Shown in pieces: positions 9,457 to 19,894 of a stretch of DNA of 64,000 nt. Below the pieces are notes generated by a model that was not told where the DNA came from, ran no database searches, and saw only the letters and a program-made list of their open reading frames with translations. The stretch is from contig OY762825.2 in the NCBI GenBank assembly GCA_963666425.2, forward strand, positions 2,688,001-2,752,000. Direction: 5' to 3'. Positions within the stretch are counted from its first letter, which is position 1; each line of letters begins with the position of its first letter. The position numbers were made by a program, and so were the translations under genes. This stretch comes from Bacillota bacterium. GTDB taxonomy: Bacteria > Bacillota > JAAYKD01.

Positions 9457-10614
9457 TTGGCTGAACAAAACATCAAAGCCATGATCGGAGAGGTTTTCCT
9501 GGATTTAGCCGAGGCCTTGGAAACCGGTCAATTTGGTCATAAAGTAAAAGTTGCCGTTACCGTTTTGGGTAGCGAGCATGGCCCGGAAGAGATTATCCGC
9601 GGCGCAGTCTTAGCTCAAAAGCAAAATCCGGATCTGCAGGTTTGTTTAATCGGACCGGAAAACAACAGCGGCCTTCTGACTTTCCCTGCTGCGGATTTTC
9701 AGGCGCAGCATAAAAAAATGGAAGAACTGCTGGATGATGGCAGCATCGATGCCTGCGTAACCATGCATTACAGTTTCCCGATCGGTGTTTCTACGGTCGG
9801 CAAGGTAGTGACGCCGGGACGCGGCAAAGAAATGTTGCTTGCCACCACCACCGGTACTTCCGCTACCGAGCGGGTGGAAGCGATGGTTCGCAATGCAATT
9901 TATGGCATCATTGCCGCCAAAGCGACGGGGATCGCCCAGCCGACCCTCGGTATCCTGAATGTGGATGGCTCCCGCCAAGTCGAACGCGCTCTCAATAAGT
10001 TGGCGGAGCAAGGCTATTCTTTCCAATGGGTCGAATCAGCTAGAGCCGATGGCGGTGTTGTCATGCGCGGCAATGATTTGCTGATGGCGACTCCGGATGT
10101 GATGATTACCGATACGCTGACCGGCAACCTGTTGATGAAGATGTTTTCATCCTTCCAAACCGGCGGCGATTATGAAGCGGCTGGCTACGGTTACGGGCCC
10201 GGCATCGGTGAAAATTATAAACGCACCGTTCTAATCCTTTCCCGTGCCTCGGGTTCTCCGGTGGTAGCGAATGCCGTCAAGTATGCCGGTCAATTGGCCA
10301 GCGGCCAGGTCTGGCAGGTTGCCAAAGCGGAATTTGATGCTGTCAACAAGGCCGGTTTAACCACCCTGTTTGAAGAAACAAAAAAAGCGGCGGCTGCTGA
10401 AGTGGTAGAAGAAGTGAAAGCACCTGCCAAGAAGGTTGTCACCGAAGAGATCACCGGTATTGACGTGATGGAATTGGATGATGCCACCCATGTGCTCTGG
10501 AAGATGGGGATTTACGCCGAAACCGGGATGGGCTGCGTCGGTCCTGTGATTCTGGTAGCAGAAGAAGATCATGAGAAAGCCCTTGCGGAACTGAAAAAAG
10601 CAGGTTACTGCTAA
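9457..10614 (+). CDS. grdD: Glycine reductase component C subunit alpha
   Basis: GSEHG, TMHYSFPIGVSTVG, RASGSPV, ETGMGCVGP active Cys; probable TTG start after GGAGGTG. Confidence 0.93.
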   Translation: MAEQNIKAMIGEVFLDLAEALETGQFGHKVKVAVTVLGSEHGPEEIIRGAVLAQKQNPDLQVCLIGPENNSGLLTFPAADFQAQHKKMEELLDDGSIDACVTMHYSFPIGVSTVGKVVTPGRGKEMLLATTTGTSATERVEAMVRNAIYGIIAAKATGIAQPTLGILNVDGSRQVERALNKLAEQGYSFQWVESARADGGVVMRGNDLLMATPDVMITDTLTGNLLMKMFSSFQTGGDYEAAGYGYGPGIGENYKRTVLILSRASGSPVVANAVKYAGQLASGQVWQVAKAEFDAVNKAGLTTLFEETKKAAAAEVVEEVKAPAKKVVTEEITGIDVMELDDATHVLWKMGIYAETGMGCVGPVILVAEEDHEKALAELKKAGYC

Positions 10615-10647
10615 AATCGCAGGTGGTTTTTAATCTGAAAAATGCAT

Positions 10648-10710
10648 AATTCCCCCTTGGGCTGACTTGAAACAGAAAGATTCAGGTCAGCCCAAGGGGG
10701 AATTTTCTTG
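10648..10710 (+). terminator. grd operon terminator
   Basis: AATTCCCCCTTGGGCTGAC..GTCAGCCCAAGGGGGAATT followed by TTCTT. Confidence 0.8.
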
Positions 10711-10861
10711 TTGCATAAAAAAATACTTGCTTACAGATTTCCGATCATCAAAAGCTGCGTGATTGCGCTGATTTCTGAAAACCAGCAGGGAAACCGCCGT
10801 CGGACAGAGAAATTGACAAGACAGTGTTCAAAGCATTTTCAGAAAGAATAGAACAGTAAGG

Positions 10862-12295
10862 ATGAGTGCAATGGGTTTAAAATCGAAACAGGAAGTATTG
10901 TCTCAAATTCCGCAAGTGGAATTGTTGTTAAGAACACCGTCCATACAAGCTTTAATAGAAGAATATTCTCATCAGGCGGTGACGGATTCTATCCGCCAGG
11001 TCTTGGCTTTATTTCGCCGGGAAATTTTATCGCAGCCAACCGATTGGTTTCCGGAAGAGATGCCGGACCGACAGGAAATCCTGCAGCGGGTAAAAATCAT
11101 GACCAAACAAAAAATGCAGCCCAGTCTGCATGGTGTGATCAACGCCACCGGAATCATTCTGCACACTAATTTAGGCCGGGCTCTTTTACCTAAGAGCGCC
11201 TGCCGACAAGTCTTGGAGGTAGCCAGCCGTTATTCCAACCTGGAGATCGATGAAAAAACCGGAGTGCGCGGCTCCCGTTATGATCATGTCAATCAATTGC
11301 TTTGTCAAATCACCGGTGCCGAAGATGCGATGGTTGTCAATAACAATGCGGCCGCCGTGCTGCTGGTCCTGGCTGCGATGGGCTGCGGCAAGGAAGTCGT
11401 CGTTTCTCGCGGACAATTAATTGAAATCGGCGGTTCTTTCCGCATTCCCGAAGTGATGGAGCAAAGCGGCTGTCGTTTGGTTGAAGTGGGTGCCACAAAC
11501 AAAACGCATCTGCAGGATTACGAAAAAGCCATTGGCAGAGAAACCGCTCTTTTGCTGAAAGCGCATACCTCCAATTACCGGATTGTTGGCTTCACCGAAG
11601 AAGTGAGCAACGCCGATCTGGTGCAATTGGGCCATGCACACGCTTTACCGATTGTGGAAGACCTGGGCAGCGGTATTTTGCTCGATTTATCCGCCTATGG
11701 CCTGACAGAACCAACAGTGCAGAGTTCTCTGCAGGCGGGGATTGATGTGGTGACGATCAGCGGCGATAAACTGCTGGGCGGTCCGCAGGCCGGCATTATT
11801 TTAGGTAAAAAAGAATTTATCGCTTTGATGAAAAAGCATCCGCTCAATCGCGCTCTGCGCATTGATAAAATGACCTTAGCGGGCTTGGAAGCCACTTTGA
11901 AATTGTATTTGGACGAAAAAAAGGCGCTGACTGAAATTCCGGTGCTGCGCATGCTGACGATCAGTAAAGAAGAATTGCAGCAGAAAGCGGATCGTCTTTG
12001 GCTGGATGTTACCATGCGGGTCGGTGGCAAAGCGTTTGTCCGCGTGCAGGAAGATGTTTCTGCGGTGGGCGGCGGTTCGATGCCCTTGGTGCAGCTGCCA
12101 ACTTATGTGCTGGCGATCGTACCGCGCGACTGCAGTGTGGTGCAGTTTGAAGCAGCGCTGCGCGGTTTTGAAACGCCAATCTTTGGACGTATTGCCAAAG
12201 ATCAGTATTTATTGGATCTGCGCACCATCCAGGACGATGAACTGACGCGGGTGGCGGACGGCGTGGTGCAGATGATCGAACAGACGGTCATTTAG
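10862..12295 (+). CDS. selA: L-seryl-tRNA(Sec) selenium transferase
   Basis: INATGIILHTNLGRA, VVNNNAAAV, EIGGSFRIP, SGDKLLGGPQAG (PLP Lys). Confidence 0.96.
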   Translation: MSAMGLKSKQEVLSQIPQVELLLRTPSIQALIEEYSHQAVTDSIRQVLALFRREILSQPTDWFPEEMPDRQEILQRVKIMTKQKMQPSLHGVINATGIILHTNLGRALLPKSACRQVLEVASRYSNLEIDEKTGVRGSRYDHVNQLLCQITGAEDAMVVNNNAAAVLLVLAAMGCGKEVVVSRGQLIEIGGSFRIPEVMEQSGCRLVEVGATNKTHLQDYEKAIGRETALLLKAHTSNYRIVGFTEEVSNADLVQLGHAHALPIVEDLGSGILLDLSAYGLTEPTVQSSLQAGIDVVTISGDKLLGGPQAGIILGKKEFIALMKKHPLNRALRIDKMTLAGLEATLKLYLDEKKALTEIPVLRMLTISKEELQQKADRLWLDVTMRVGGKAFVRVQEDVSAVGGGSMPLVQLPTYVLAIVPRDCSVVQFEAALRGFETPIFGRIAKDQYLLDLRTIQDDELTRVADGVVQMIEQTVI

Positions 12296-12303
12296 GAGAG
12301 ACG

Positions 12304-14214
12304 ATGAAACATATTATTATTGGTACGGCTGGTCATGTCGACCATGGCAAGACCGCCTTAATCCGGGCGTTGACGAAGATCGATACCGATCGTTTAAAAG
12401 AAGAAAAGCAGCGCGGTATTTCCATTGAAAACGGTTTTGCTTACTTTGATTTACCAAGCGGCAGACGAGCGGGTTTGATTGATGTGCCCGGTCATGAGCG
12501 CTTTATTAAAAATATGCTGGCCGGAGTAGGCGGGATCGATATCGTGATTCTGGTCATCGCGGCGGATGAGGGAGTCATGCCGCAGACCAGAGAACATTTA
12601 AATATCGTGTCGCTTTTACAAGTCAAGCGGGGTATCGTGGCTCTAACCAAAGCGGACCTAGTGGAGCAAGATTGGCTGGAGCTGGTCACGGAGCAGGTCA
12701 GGGAAGAACTGGCCGATACGTTTCTGGCGGATGCGCCGATTATTCCGGTTTCCAGTCTGACCGGACAAGGATTGCCGGCACTGACGGCCGAGATTGATCG
12801 TTTGACCGAAGAAGTGGAGGCGAAAGATACACGTGCCGCGGCCCGCCTGCCCATTGACCGTGTCTTCACTATTTCCGGGTTTGGCACAGTGGTGACGGGA
12901 ACCCTGCTGACCGGAGTTCTCTCGCTCAGCGATAAATTGGAGATCATGCCGGGTAAGACTGAAGTCCGGGTCCGCGCCTTGCAGGTACATGGCGAAAAAG
13001 TAGAAAAGGCTTTTGCCGGCCAACGCGTGGCGGTTAATTTGGCGGGCGTGGATGTAACAGACGTGCGGCGCGGTGATGTGCTGGCGGCAGTCAATACCCT
13101 AAAGACAACCTTAATGCTGGACGCCAGGGTGCAGGTCTTGGCCAACGCTCCCCGTGCTTTGCAGCACAGAACCAGAATTCGGTTATACATCGGCGCCAGT
13201 GAAGTGATGGGACGGGTGGTTCCCCTGGAACAGGAAAGTGTTGAACCGGGAGAAAGCGCTTTGATTCAGCTGCGTTTGGAAGAACCGATTGCTGCCGCTG
13301 AAGGTGATTTGTTTGTGCTGCGCTATTATTCACCGATGGCTACCTTAGGTGGCGGCACGGTGCTGCAAACCAATCCACGCAAAAAGACACGCTTTAAGAC
13401 AGAGCAGATCGATGCGCTGCGTCAGATGGAAAAAGGATCACCGCAGCATCGCTTGCTGCAAATGCTGGCAGCCGTCAGCGACTCCTATCCGCTGCGGGAA
13501 GACTTTATCAAAGCGCACCCGGAAATCAACGAGATCGAGGAACTGATCGAACAATTGCTGGAGAGCGAACAGGCAGTTTCCCTAACGGTTGATAAAAAAG
13601 AAATTCTGCTCGCTTCTTCCTATCTGCAGACGCTGGAAATTCAAGTGGAAGAAATATTGCAGCGCTTTCACCGCAAAAATCCGCTGCGTTTGGGTATGGC
13701 GAAAGAAGAACTGCACAGCCGCATGCTGAAACAAACCGCGAATAAAACATTCACTGCTTTGCTGCTGATTTGGCTGAGTGATGAGCGGATCAAAATCACC
13801 GGCAATACGGTCGCCGCTTATGATTTTAAAGTGCAATTAACGGCGGAACAAATGTCCCTCTACCGCGAGATCAGTGAGAAATTTCAGGCTGTTAAATTTG
13901 AACCGCCTGCCAAAAGTGATCTGCTGACGGAATATGCCAAACGCAAAGACTTACCCGCCATCTTGGAACTGATGCAGGAAGAAGGTTCGCTGCTGCGCTT
14001 GACAGATGAGATCCTTTATAACAAAGACAATTTCGATCAAGCGGAACAGCTGCTGTTTGACTTCTTCCGGGAACACACGGAAATCAGCCTGGCGGAATAC
14101 CGCGATCTGCTGGCGACCAGCAGGAAGTATGCCTTGGCTTTACTGGAGTATTTTGACACCGCGAAAATCACACAGCGTCAGGGAGAAAAGAGAATTTTAA
14201 GAAAAAAAAGCTAA
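12304..14214 (+). CDS. selB: Selenocysteine-specific elongation factor
   Basis: [22 protein letters not shown]-terminal winged helix [13 protein letters not shown]. Confidence 0.96.
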   Translation: MKHIIIGTAGHVDHGKTALIRALTKIDTDRLKEEKQRGISIENGFAYFDLPSGRRAGLIDVPGHERFIKNMLAGVGGIDIVILVIAADEGVMPQTREHLNIVSLLQVKRGIVALTKADLVEQDWLELVTEQVREELADTFLADAPIIPVSSLTGQGLPALTAEIDRLTEEVEAKDTRAAARLPIDRVFTISGFGTVVTGTLLTGVLSLSDKLEIMPGKTEVRVRALQVHGEKVEKAFAGQRVAVNLAGVDVTDVRRGDVLAAVNTLKTTLMLDARVQVLANAPRALQHRTRIRLYIGASEVMGRVVPLEQESVEPGESALIQLRLEEPIAAAEGDLFVLRYYSPMATLGGGTVLQTNPRKKTRFKTEQIDALRQMEKGSPQHRLLQMLAAVSDSYPLREDFIKAHPEINEIEELIEQLLESEQAVSLTVDKKEILLASSYLQTLEIQVEEILQRFHRKNPLRLGMAKEELHSRMLKQTANKTFTALLLIWLSDERIKITGNTVAAYDFKVQLTAEQMSLYREISEKFQAVKFEPPAKSDLLTEYAKRKDLPAILELMQEEGSLLRLTDEILYNKDNFDQAEQLLFDFFREHTEISLAEYRDLLATSRKYALALLEYFDTAKITQRQGEKRILRKKS

Positions 14215-14272
14215 GAAATTGACTCAGGTAGGTCTCTGCATGCGAAAGATTATGCAAAGCTTAAAATACGAC

Positions 14273-14301
14273 TTGCAACCCTGCTTGAAATTTGCTATAA
14301 T
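14273..14301 (+). promoter_or_regulatory. sigmaA promoter of selC
   Basis: TTGCAA-17 bp-TATAAT with extended -10 TG, 8 nt before the tRNA. Confidence 0.75.
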
Positions 14302-14309
14302 CTCTCCTT

Positions 14310-14406
14310 GGGAGTAGCTAGGTTCTGGTGTGCCTACCGGTCTTCAAAACCGAGTTTGGGGCCTAATACGTTCCAAGGTGGGTTCGATTCCCACATACTC
14401 CCGCCA
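14310..14406 (+). tRNA. selC: tRNA-Sec (UCA)
   Basis: GGGAGTA..TACTCCC-G-CCA, anticodon loop CTTCAAA, long variable arm, GTGGG-TTCGATT-CCCAC T arm; follows selB. Confidence 0.95.
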
Positions 14407-14432
14407 AAAAAAAAAAGATCGATAGTAATAAC

Positions 14433-14482
14433 AAAAGGAAGTTCTTCCTGGCCTGAACATGGCCGGTAAGAGCTTCCTTTTT
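14433..14482. terminator. Bidirectional terminator (selC / pruA)
   Basis: AAAAGGAAGTTCTT..AAGAGCTTCCTTTTT. Confidence 0.7.
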
Positions 14483-14505
14483 CATAAGCTGTTATCAAGT
14501 TTTCT

Positions 14506-16137
14506 CTATTTCTCAGCCATATAAGGGTAATCGATTTGAGCAGTCGGTGCGAAATTCTCCTTGATAGAACAGACAGATGTCCAGCGATACAGGTTAAGAG
14601 CGCTGCCGGCTTTATCATTTGTGCCCGAAGCGCGTGCACCGCCAAAGGGTTGTTGACCGACAACCGCACCGGTTGGTTTGTCGTTGATATAGAAATTACC
14701 GGCCGAATGCATCAATTGTTTCTCCATCTGTGCAATCACTGCACGATCCCGTGCGAAAATTGCTCCGGTCAGAGCGTAGGGAGTGGATGTATCACAATAT
14801 GCCAGTATCTCATCAAGCTTTTCATCTTCGTAAATATAAACCGTGAGAATGGGTCCGAAAATTTCTTCCCGCATGCTGACATAGTCCTTTTGATAAGCCT
14901 GGATGATGGTTGGAGCGATGAACCATCCTTTGGAACCATCGTATCCGCCACATAGAACTTCCGCTTCAGGCGAAGCTTTGGCTGCTTCAATATAACTGAC
15001 GTTTTTTTTGAAAGCCTGCTCGTCAATCACGGCTGCCAACAGATGGGTGAAATCAGCAGGATCACCATACTGAAGTTTGGCAGTTGCTGCCAGCAGTAGC
15101 TGCTTTACCTGTGGCCAGATGCTTTGAGGCAGGAAGGCTCGGGAAAGAGCAGAGCACTTCTGACCTTGAAACTCAAAAGCACCACGAACCAAAGCGCTGA
15201 CCAAAGCCGGTATGTCGCAGCTTGCGTGCGCGACGAGATAGTCTTTACCGCCGGTTTCGCCAACCAGGCGGGGATAGGCGTGATAATTTTCGATATTCTC
15301 ACCGATTTCTCGCCATACTTGGCGGAAAACCTGGGTAGAGCCGGTGAAATGGAATCCGGCCAAACGGGGATCACGGATCACATACTTGCTGATATCTGTG
15401 CTCTTCGATGGCACAAAATTAATTACACCGGCAGGTAAACCGGCTTCCATCAAGCAACGCATCAGGTAGTAATTGGATAACAAAGCAGTACTCGCCGGTT
15501 TCCAGACCACCGTGTTGCCCATAATAGCCGGAGCGGTTGCCAGATTTCCGGCAATGGCAGTGAAGTTAAAGGGAGACACGGCCAGAACGAAACCTTCTAG
15601 CGGACGATAAACCATCCGATTCCAAGTTTCTCCCACGCTGAGGGGTTGCTGGCGGTAAATTTGATCGGCAAAGAAAAGATTATAGCGCAGAAAATCAGCA
15701 ATTTCGCAGGGAGCATCGATTTCTGCCTGATAGGCGGTTTTACTTTGATTCAGCATGGTGGCTGCATTGAGCTGAAAGCGATACTTACCAGAAATTAAAC
15801 AGGCTGCTTGTTGGAAAATAGCCGCGCGATGTTCCCAGGCAAGCGACTCCCAAGCAGATTTTGCCTCGATAGCAGCTTCTTTGGCAGCATCCAGCTCGGT
15901 TTTTCCTGCCAGGCAGCAAGTAGCCAGCAGGTGTCGATAATTATGAGGCATCACGACCGGGATACGATTTTCTGTAAAAACTTCTTTACCGTCAATGATT
16001 AACGGTATGACAATTTGCTGTTCACTCTGCTTTTTTAATTCCGCTTTCAAGGCCGCTCTTTCAAAAGAGCCAGGCAGATAGTTTAAGGCAGCCTCGTTAC
16101 CGGGAGTCGGAATCGTAAAATTACTGTTCATACTCAA
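14506..16137 (-). CDS. pruA: L-glutamate gamma-semialdehyde (P5C) dehydrogenase
   Basis: SPFNFTAI, FTGST, GETGGKD, FEFQGQKCSA, EEIFGP, GAVVGQQPFGG. Confidence 0.92.
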   Translation of the reverse strand: MSMNSNFTIPTPGNEAALNYLPGSFERAALKAELKKQSEQQIVIPLIIDGKEVFTENRIPVVMPHNYRHLLATCCLAGKTELDAAKEAAIEAKSAWESLAWEHRAAIFQQAACLISGKYRFQLNAATMLNQSKTAYQAEIDAPCEIADFLRYNLFFADQIYRQQPLSVGETWNRMVYRPLEGFVLAVSPFNFTAIAGNLATAPAIMGNTVVWKPASTALLSNYYLMRCLMEAGLPAGVINFVPSKSTDISKYVIRDPRLAGFHFTGSTQVFRQVWREIGENIENYHAYPRLVGETGGKDYLVAHASCDIPALVSALVRGAFEFQGQKCSALSRAFLPQSIWPQVKQLLLAATAKLQYGDPADFTHLLAAVIDEQAFKKNVSYIEAAKASPEAEVLCGGYDGSKGWFIAPTIIQAYQKDYVSMREEIFGPILTVYIYEDEKLDEILAYCDTSTPYALTGAIFARDRAVIAQMEKQLMHSAGNFYINDKPTGAVVGQQPFGGARASGTNDKAGSALNLYRWTSVCSIKENFAPTAQIDYPYMAEK

Positions 16138-16365
16138 ATGAAATCATCCCTTCCTAATCATCTAGGCCAATTATAACAGCAAACGGATTCGCTGATTGTG
16201 CCGGCTGTCGCTGATTCTATACCTGAAAGCGATATGTTTTAAATTACTATACCAACACAACGGTGATTTTTACCGATTCTCGCCTCTTTGGCTTTCTTCT
16301 TTACAAAGTCAGACAAAAAGACTAAGATGCTTTGCAGGAACAAAATAGGAATTGAGCGATAACTG

Positions 16366-17106
16366 ATGAATGAATTGGAATGTTTTCTCGTGACCGAAAT
16401 GAAAAGCCAGCATAGCCATGAGTATGCCCAAATTATCTTGCCGTTCTGTGCTCCTGTCGTCCTTCGTATTTATGACCAGACGTATGCGATCAGCGAACAC
16501 GAATTAGGATATGTACCACCGGGACAAGGGCATCAATGTACTTGTTCGCAGCCTTTAATCGTGATCAATCTTTCCTCCGCTCTGCTGCAAAGCGGTTTCT
16601 GCCGCACACTGACGAAACATACCATTTCCGCTATCCATCCTGAAATCGAACCAATTCTGCAGTTGATCAAAACTGAAATGGCAAGGGATGCCAACAGTCA
16701 TTCTATACAATATCTCTATTCTTATTTATATAATAAGCTTCTCGGCCAGATTACCACCGATTCCCTGTTTTACCTTAGCAATCATTTCGCCGAATCAATT
16801 TCTATTGCGGAATTAGCAGCCATTGAGAATTACAGCGTAACCTATTATAAGAAATGGTTTAAAAAACAAAATGATTTAACGCCGCAGCAATGGATTCGAC
16901 AGCTGCGTATCAAAAAAGCAAAAGAATTACTGGCTGCAACGAAATTTACGATTGTTGAGATTGCGGAGCAGGTTGGTTACGACAGTCACTCCGCTTTTTC
17001 CAGATCTTTTCGCGCACTCACCGGAATTTCGCCGCATGCCTACCGTATTTTGTGCCAAGCGCAACAGAAGGGAAAATCCCAGAATGCTGCAAAGCAGCAA
17101 CAATAA
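16366..17106 (+). CDS. AraC-family transcriptional regulator
   Basis: N-terminal cupin HSHEYAQII; C-terminal double HTH IAEQVGYDSHSAFSRSF..GISP. Confidence 0.9.
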   Translation: MNELECFLVTEMKSQHSHEYAQIILPFCAPVVLRIYDQTYAISEHELGYVPPGQGHQCTCSQPLIVINLSSALLQSGFCRTLTKHTISAIHPEIEPILQLIKTEMARDANSHSIQYLYSYLYNKLLGQITTDSLFYLSNHFAESISIAELAAIENYSVTYYKKWFKKQNDLTPQQWIRQLRIKKAKELLAATKFTIVEIAEQVGYDSHSAFSRSFRALTGISPHAYRILCQAQQKGKSQNAAKQQQ

Positions 17107-17140
17107 GCAATCGATTTCGCCATTGGGTTCAGAGTAAACG

Positions 17141-17179
17141 AAAAAGGAAGGTAACGCTGTGCGCTGCCTTCCTTTTTTT
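17141..17179. terminator. Bidirectional terminator
   Basis: AAAAAGGAAGGTA..TGCCTTCCTTTTTT between convergent genes. Confidence 0.7.
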
Positions 17180-17217
17180 AGGAGAACTGATAGAATGCAA
17201 AATGAGCAATATTCCCT

Positions 17218-18573
17218 TTAACGAAGAATCATGAATATTTTTTTAATACTTGGCGGATTGCCTTTATAGAGTGACATCATCGTATAAAGTTTGCCGGCCA
17301 GCATCATCACCAAACCAGTCGTCAACATGATCACCGCAAACGACCCCATGGCTGCCCATAAGCTCATTTCCCCCATCAGAACGCGGCTGGGTACAATCAT
17401 GATGGCAGTGAAGGGGATCCAATTCAACCAAGTGATGTTTGTGAAACCTCCTGATGAGAAACCACCGCCAAAAGCCAAAACACAATAAAAGCTGATGACC
17501 AGCGTAAAGATAAACAGGAGATTGGTTGAGGACAAATCTTCCGGTTTGCTGGCGACGGCACCGCCGACCGCAGCCAAAGCGCAGTAAAGCAGGAAACCGC
17601 TGATCAAGACGAGTAGAGCAACGACGATAGCGGAGGCGGTAAACATACCGGAGAAAGCACCGAAGGAATCGAACAATTGAATGATGCCCATCGTGGTATT
17701 GGGATGCATAGCCTTAACCAAGAAGGTCCCGCAGGCAAAGCCACCGATCACGGAGAGCAGCCAAACTAAAAGCTGCATCAAACCGGAGAGGGCGATGGCA
17801 AAAACCTTACCAAAAACCATAGCAGTCGGTTGCACAGCGACCAAGAAAGTATCCATTAGCTTCGAAGTTTTTTCCATAATCACGCTGTTGGCGACCCCTT
17901 GCCCATAAGCTAGAATTAAAAAATAGAGCAGCATAATATTGAGATAAGGCAAAACATAAGATAAGACTGTTTTGGCTGCACTGACCGGTGCAACCGCAGG
18001 TGTTTGGCTCTCGGTTTTGATCTGCACTGTGATTGGTGTGGTTAATTCAAGAATCTGCGGCAGGCTGAGGCCGGATTTTTGGATCAGCACAGATTGAAAA
18101 TTGGCACTGAAAAAACGTTCAAAACCACGGGCATCTTGTTCGGTCAGCTTGGTTTGATCCGGCAAAAGCAGATGCAAAGCGAAGCCCGACGCACTCTTTT
18201 CCATCAGCAAAATCAAAACATTTCCATCCGAGCGCTGCGCAGCCTGATTGGCAGTGTTCAAATCCTCGTAATTGACGTAGACGAGATTTGCAAATTCAGC
18301 ATTGTCCAGGCTGTTCAGGAAAGTATAATCCAGTTTCGTGGTATTGCTGGCATCGACCACATAAACCTGTCTGACTGAAGAAACAGTCAATTGGTCAGAT
18401 TCGCTGCCGCTAAAGTAACTGACGGCGGTCATGCTGACGGCGGGAATTAGAAAGCAAAGCACTGCCAGCCCAATGGTCAAGAGTTTATAGGCTTTGCTTC
18501 TAATATGCTGGTTGAAAGTAAAGGAGAAAATGACAGGTAAACCTTTCAAAATATTCTTCATTTCATTTACCAA
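17218..18573 (-). CDS. ABC-2 type exporter permease (NatB/YhaP-like)
   Basis: One N-terminal TM, large extracytoplasmic loop, MEKTSKLMD..GKV motif, five C-terminal TMs. Confidence 0.85.
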   Translation of the reverse strand: MVNEMKNILKGLPVIFSFTFNQHIRSKAYKLLTIGLAVLCFLIPAVSMTAVSYFSGSESDQLTVSSVRQVYVVDASNTTKLDYTFLNSLDNAEFANLVYVNYEDLNTANQAAQRSDGNVLILLMEKSASGFALHLLLPDQTKLTEQDARGFERFFSANFQSVLIQKSGLSLPQILELTTPITVQIKTESQTPAVAPVSAAKTVLSYVLPYLNIMLLYFLILAYGQGVANSVIMEKTSKLMDTFLVAVQPTAMVFGKVFAIALSGLMQLLVWLLSVIGGFACGTFLVKAMHPNTTMGIIQLFDSFGAFSGMFTASAIVVALLVLISGFLLYCALAAVGGAVASKPEDLSSTNLLFIFTLVISFYCVLAFGGGFSSGGFTNITWLNWIPFTAIMIVPSRVLMGEMSLWAAMGSFAVIMLTTGLVMMLAGKLYTMMSLYKGNPPSIKKIFMILR

Positions 18574-19894
18574 CCTTTACAGACATTTTATTGTTTTTAA
18601 TCATGCCCAGCATTTCCTTGAATTCTACCCGGCTGCCTTTGTGCAGCAGCAAATCCTGGTAAATGCTTGCGCAAAACCAAGCCAGAAAAGTTACGGTCAA
18701 CGCTTGTAAAAACCAGGAAAGCAGCAGAACCGCGAAGGAAATATTACCGCTGACAAAAGCAACCGGGGCGCAGAAAACAGCGACGATGGGGAAGAGGGAG
18801 GTGATGATACTGACCGCGCTGTTATCAAAGGGAACAGCAATGATGGAAATCAGGTAGCCTGCCATGACAATCAGCGTCGTCAGCTGACTGGCAGAATCCA
18901 CATCTTCCATAGAAGAACAGCTGGTGCCGGCGATGCCGGCGATCAACGAAAAGGTTAAGTAACCAAGCATTAAAGAGACCAAAACGATGACGATTGTAAA
19001 CCAGCCAATGTTGAGCAGGGCAGAGGAAAAGCCAAGGCTAAGTAACATCGTCTGGATGATGGAAACATCGGCAAAATAGCCGGTCAGCCAGTAAGAAAGC
19101 AGAAAACCACCGCCAAGCCCAAGGATCATGCCGAAAACATAGGTCATAACAGCCAGAATTTTACCTGCAATCATGGCCAGCGGCTTGATGCTGATCATCA
19201 ACAGCTCGACCAATTTTGAGGCTTTTTCTTCGATGACGGTGCGGATAATATAAATTGAAGAAGTAAGGCAGAGAATCATCACGAGAATGGCATAAACATA
19301 TTGAATCAGGAATTTTGCATCCGCACCAAGCGATTGATGTGGATGGAGATACTCGTCAACACTGCTGATGCCGCTGCTGTAGTTCGACATCACCACACCA
19401 AATTGCTCTGCTGTAACACCCAGACCTGACAACCGTGCTTGGTTGAACTGATTGGAAATCAGAGCTGTCACTTGGGAAATTTCACTATTGCTCAGTACGC
19501 TCGCACCCGATGAAAAAACATCAATGGCGTAAGTTTGGTTGGCAGGGTAGAGATGGAGGAATAATCCCTCTGCCGTGAGCTGATCCGAATAATTCTCAGG
19601 AGCAACATCAACTGCTGTAAAGGTCACATCAGCAAACTGCGGATTCTGTTGTGCAGCCTTTTCTAACTGCAAGGGATACTCGGTTTCATTGAGAAGATAG
19701 ACTTTGCTCAGATTCGTGGTTTGTATGCTTTCAGCAGAATTGCCTTTGAATAAAACCAGCAGCGGGACACTGACCAGAACCAGCAGCAGCATGATCGCTA
19801 ACGTAATGAGATTGGCTTTGCTTTTGGCATATTGCCTTAAGGTGAAAGAATAAACCTTGCCGATGCCGGTAAAGTCATTCTTATTCAGTTTCAT
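18563..19894 (-). CDS. ABC-2 type exporter permease
   Basis: EEKASKLVELL..GKILA motif; same topology as its neighbour. Confidence 0.85.
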   Translation of the reverse strand: MKLNKNDFTGIGKVYSFTLRQYAKSKANLITLAIMLLLVLVSVPLLVLFKGNSAESIQTTNLSKVYLLNETEYPLQLEKAAQQNPQFADVTFTAVDVAPENYSDQLTAEGLFLHLYPANQTYAIDVFSSGASVLSNSEISQVTALISNQFNQARLSGLGVTAEQFGVVMSNYSSGISSVDEYLHPHQSLGADAKFLIQYVYAILVMILCLTSSIYIIRTVIEEKASKLVELLMISIKPLAMIAGKILAVMTYVFGMILGLGGGFLLSYWLTGYFADVSIIQTMLLSLGFSSALLNIGWFTIVIVLVSLMLGYLTFSLIAGIAGTSCSSMEDVDSASQLTTLIVMAGYLISIIAVPFDNSAVSIITSLFPIVAVFCAPVAFVSGNISFAVLLLSWFLQALTVTFLAWFCASIYQDLLLHKGSRVEFKEMLGMIKNNKMSVKVGK

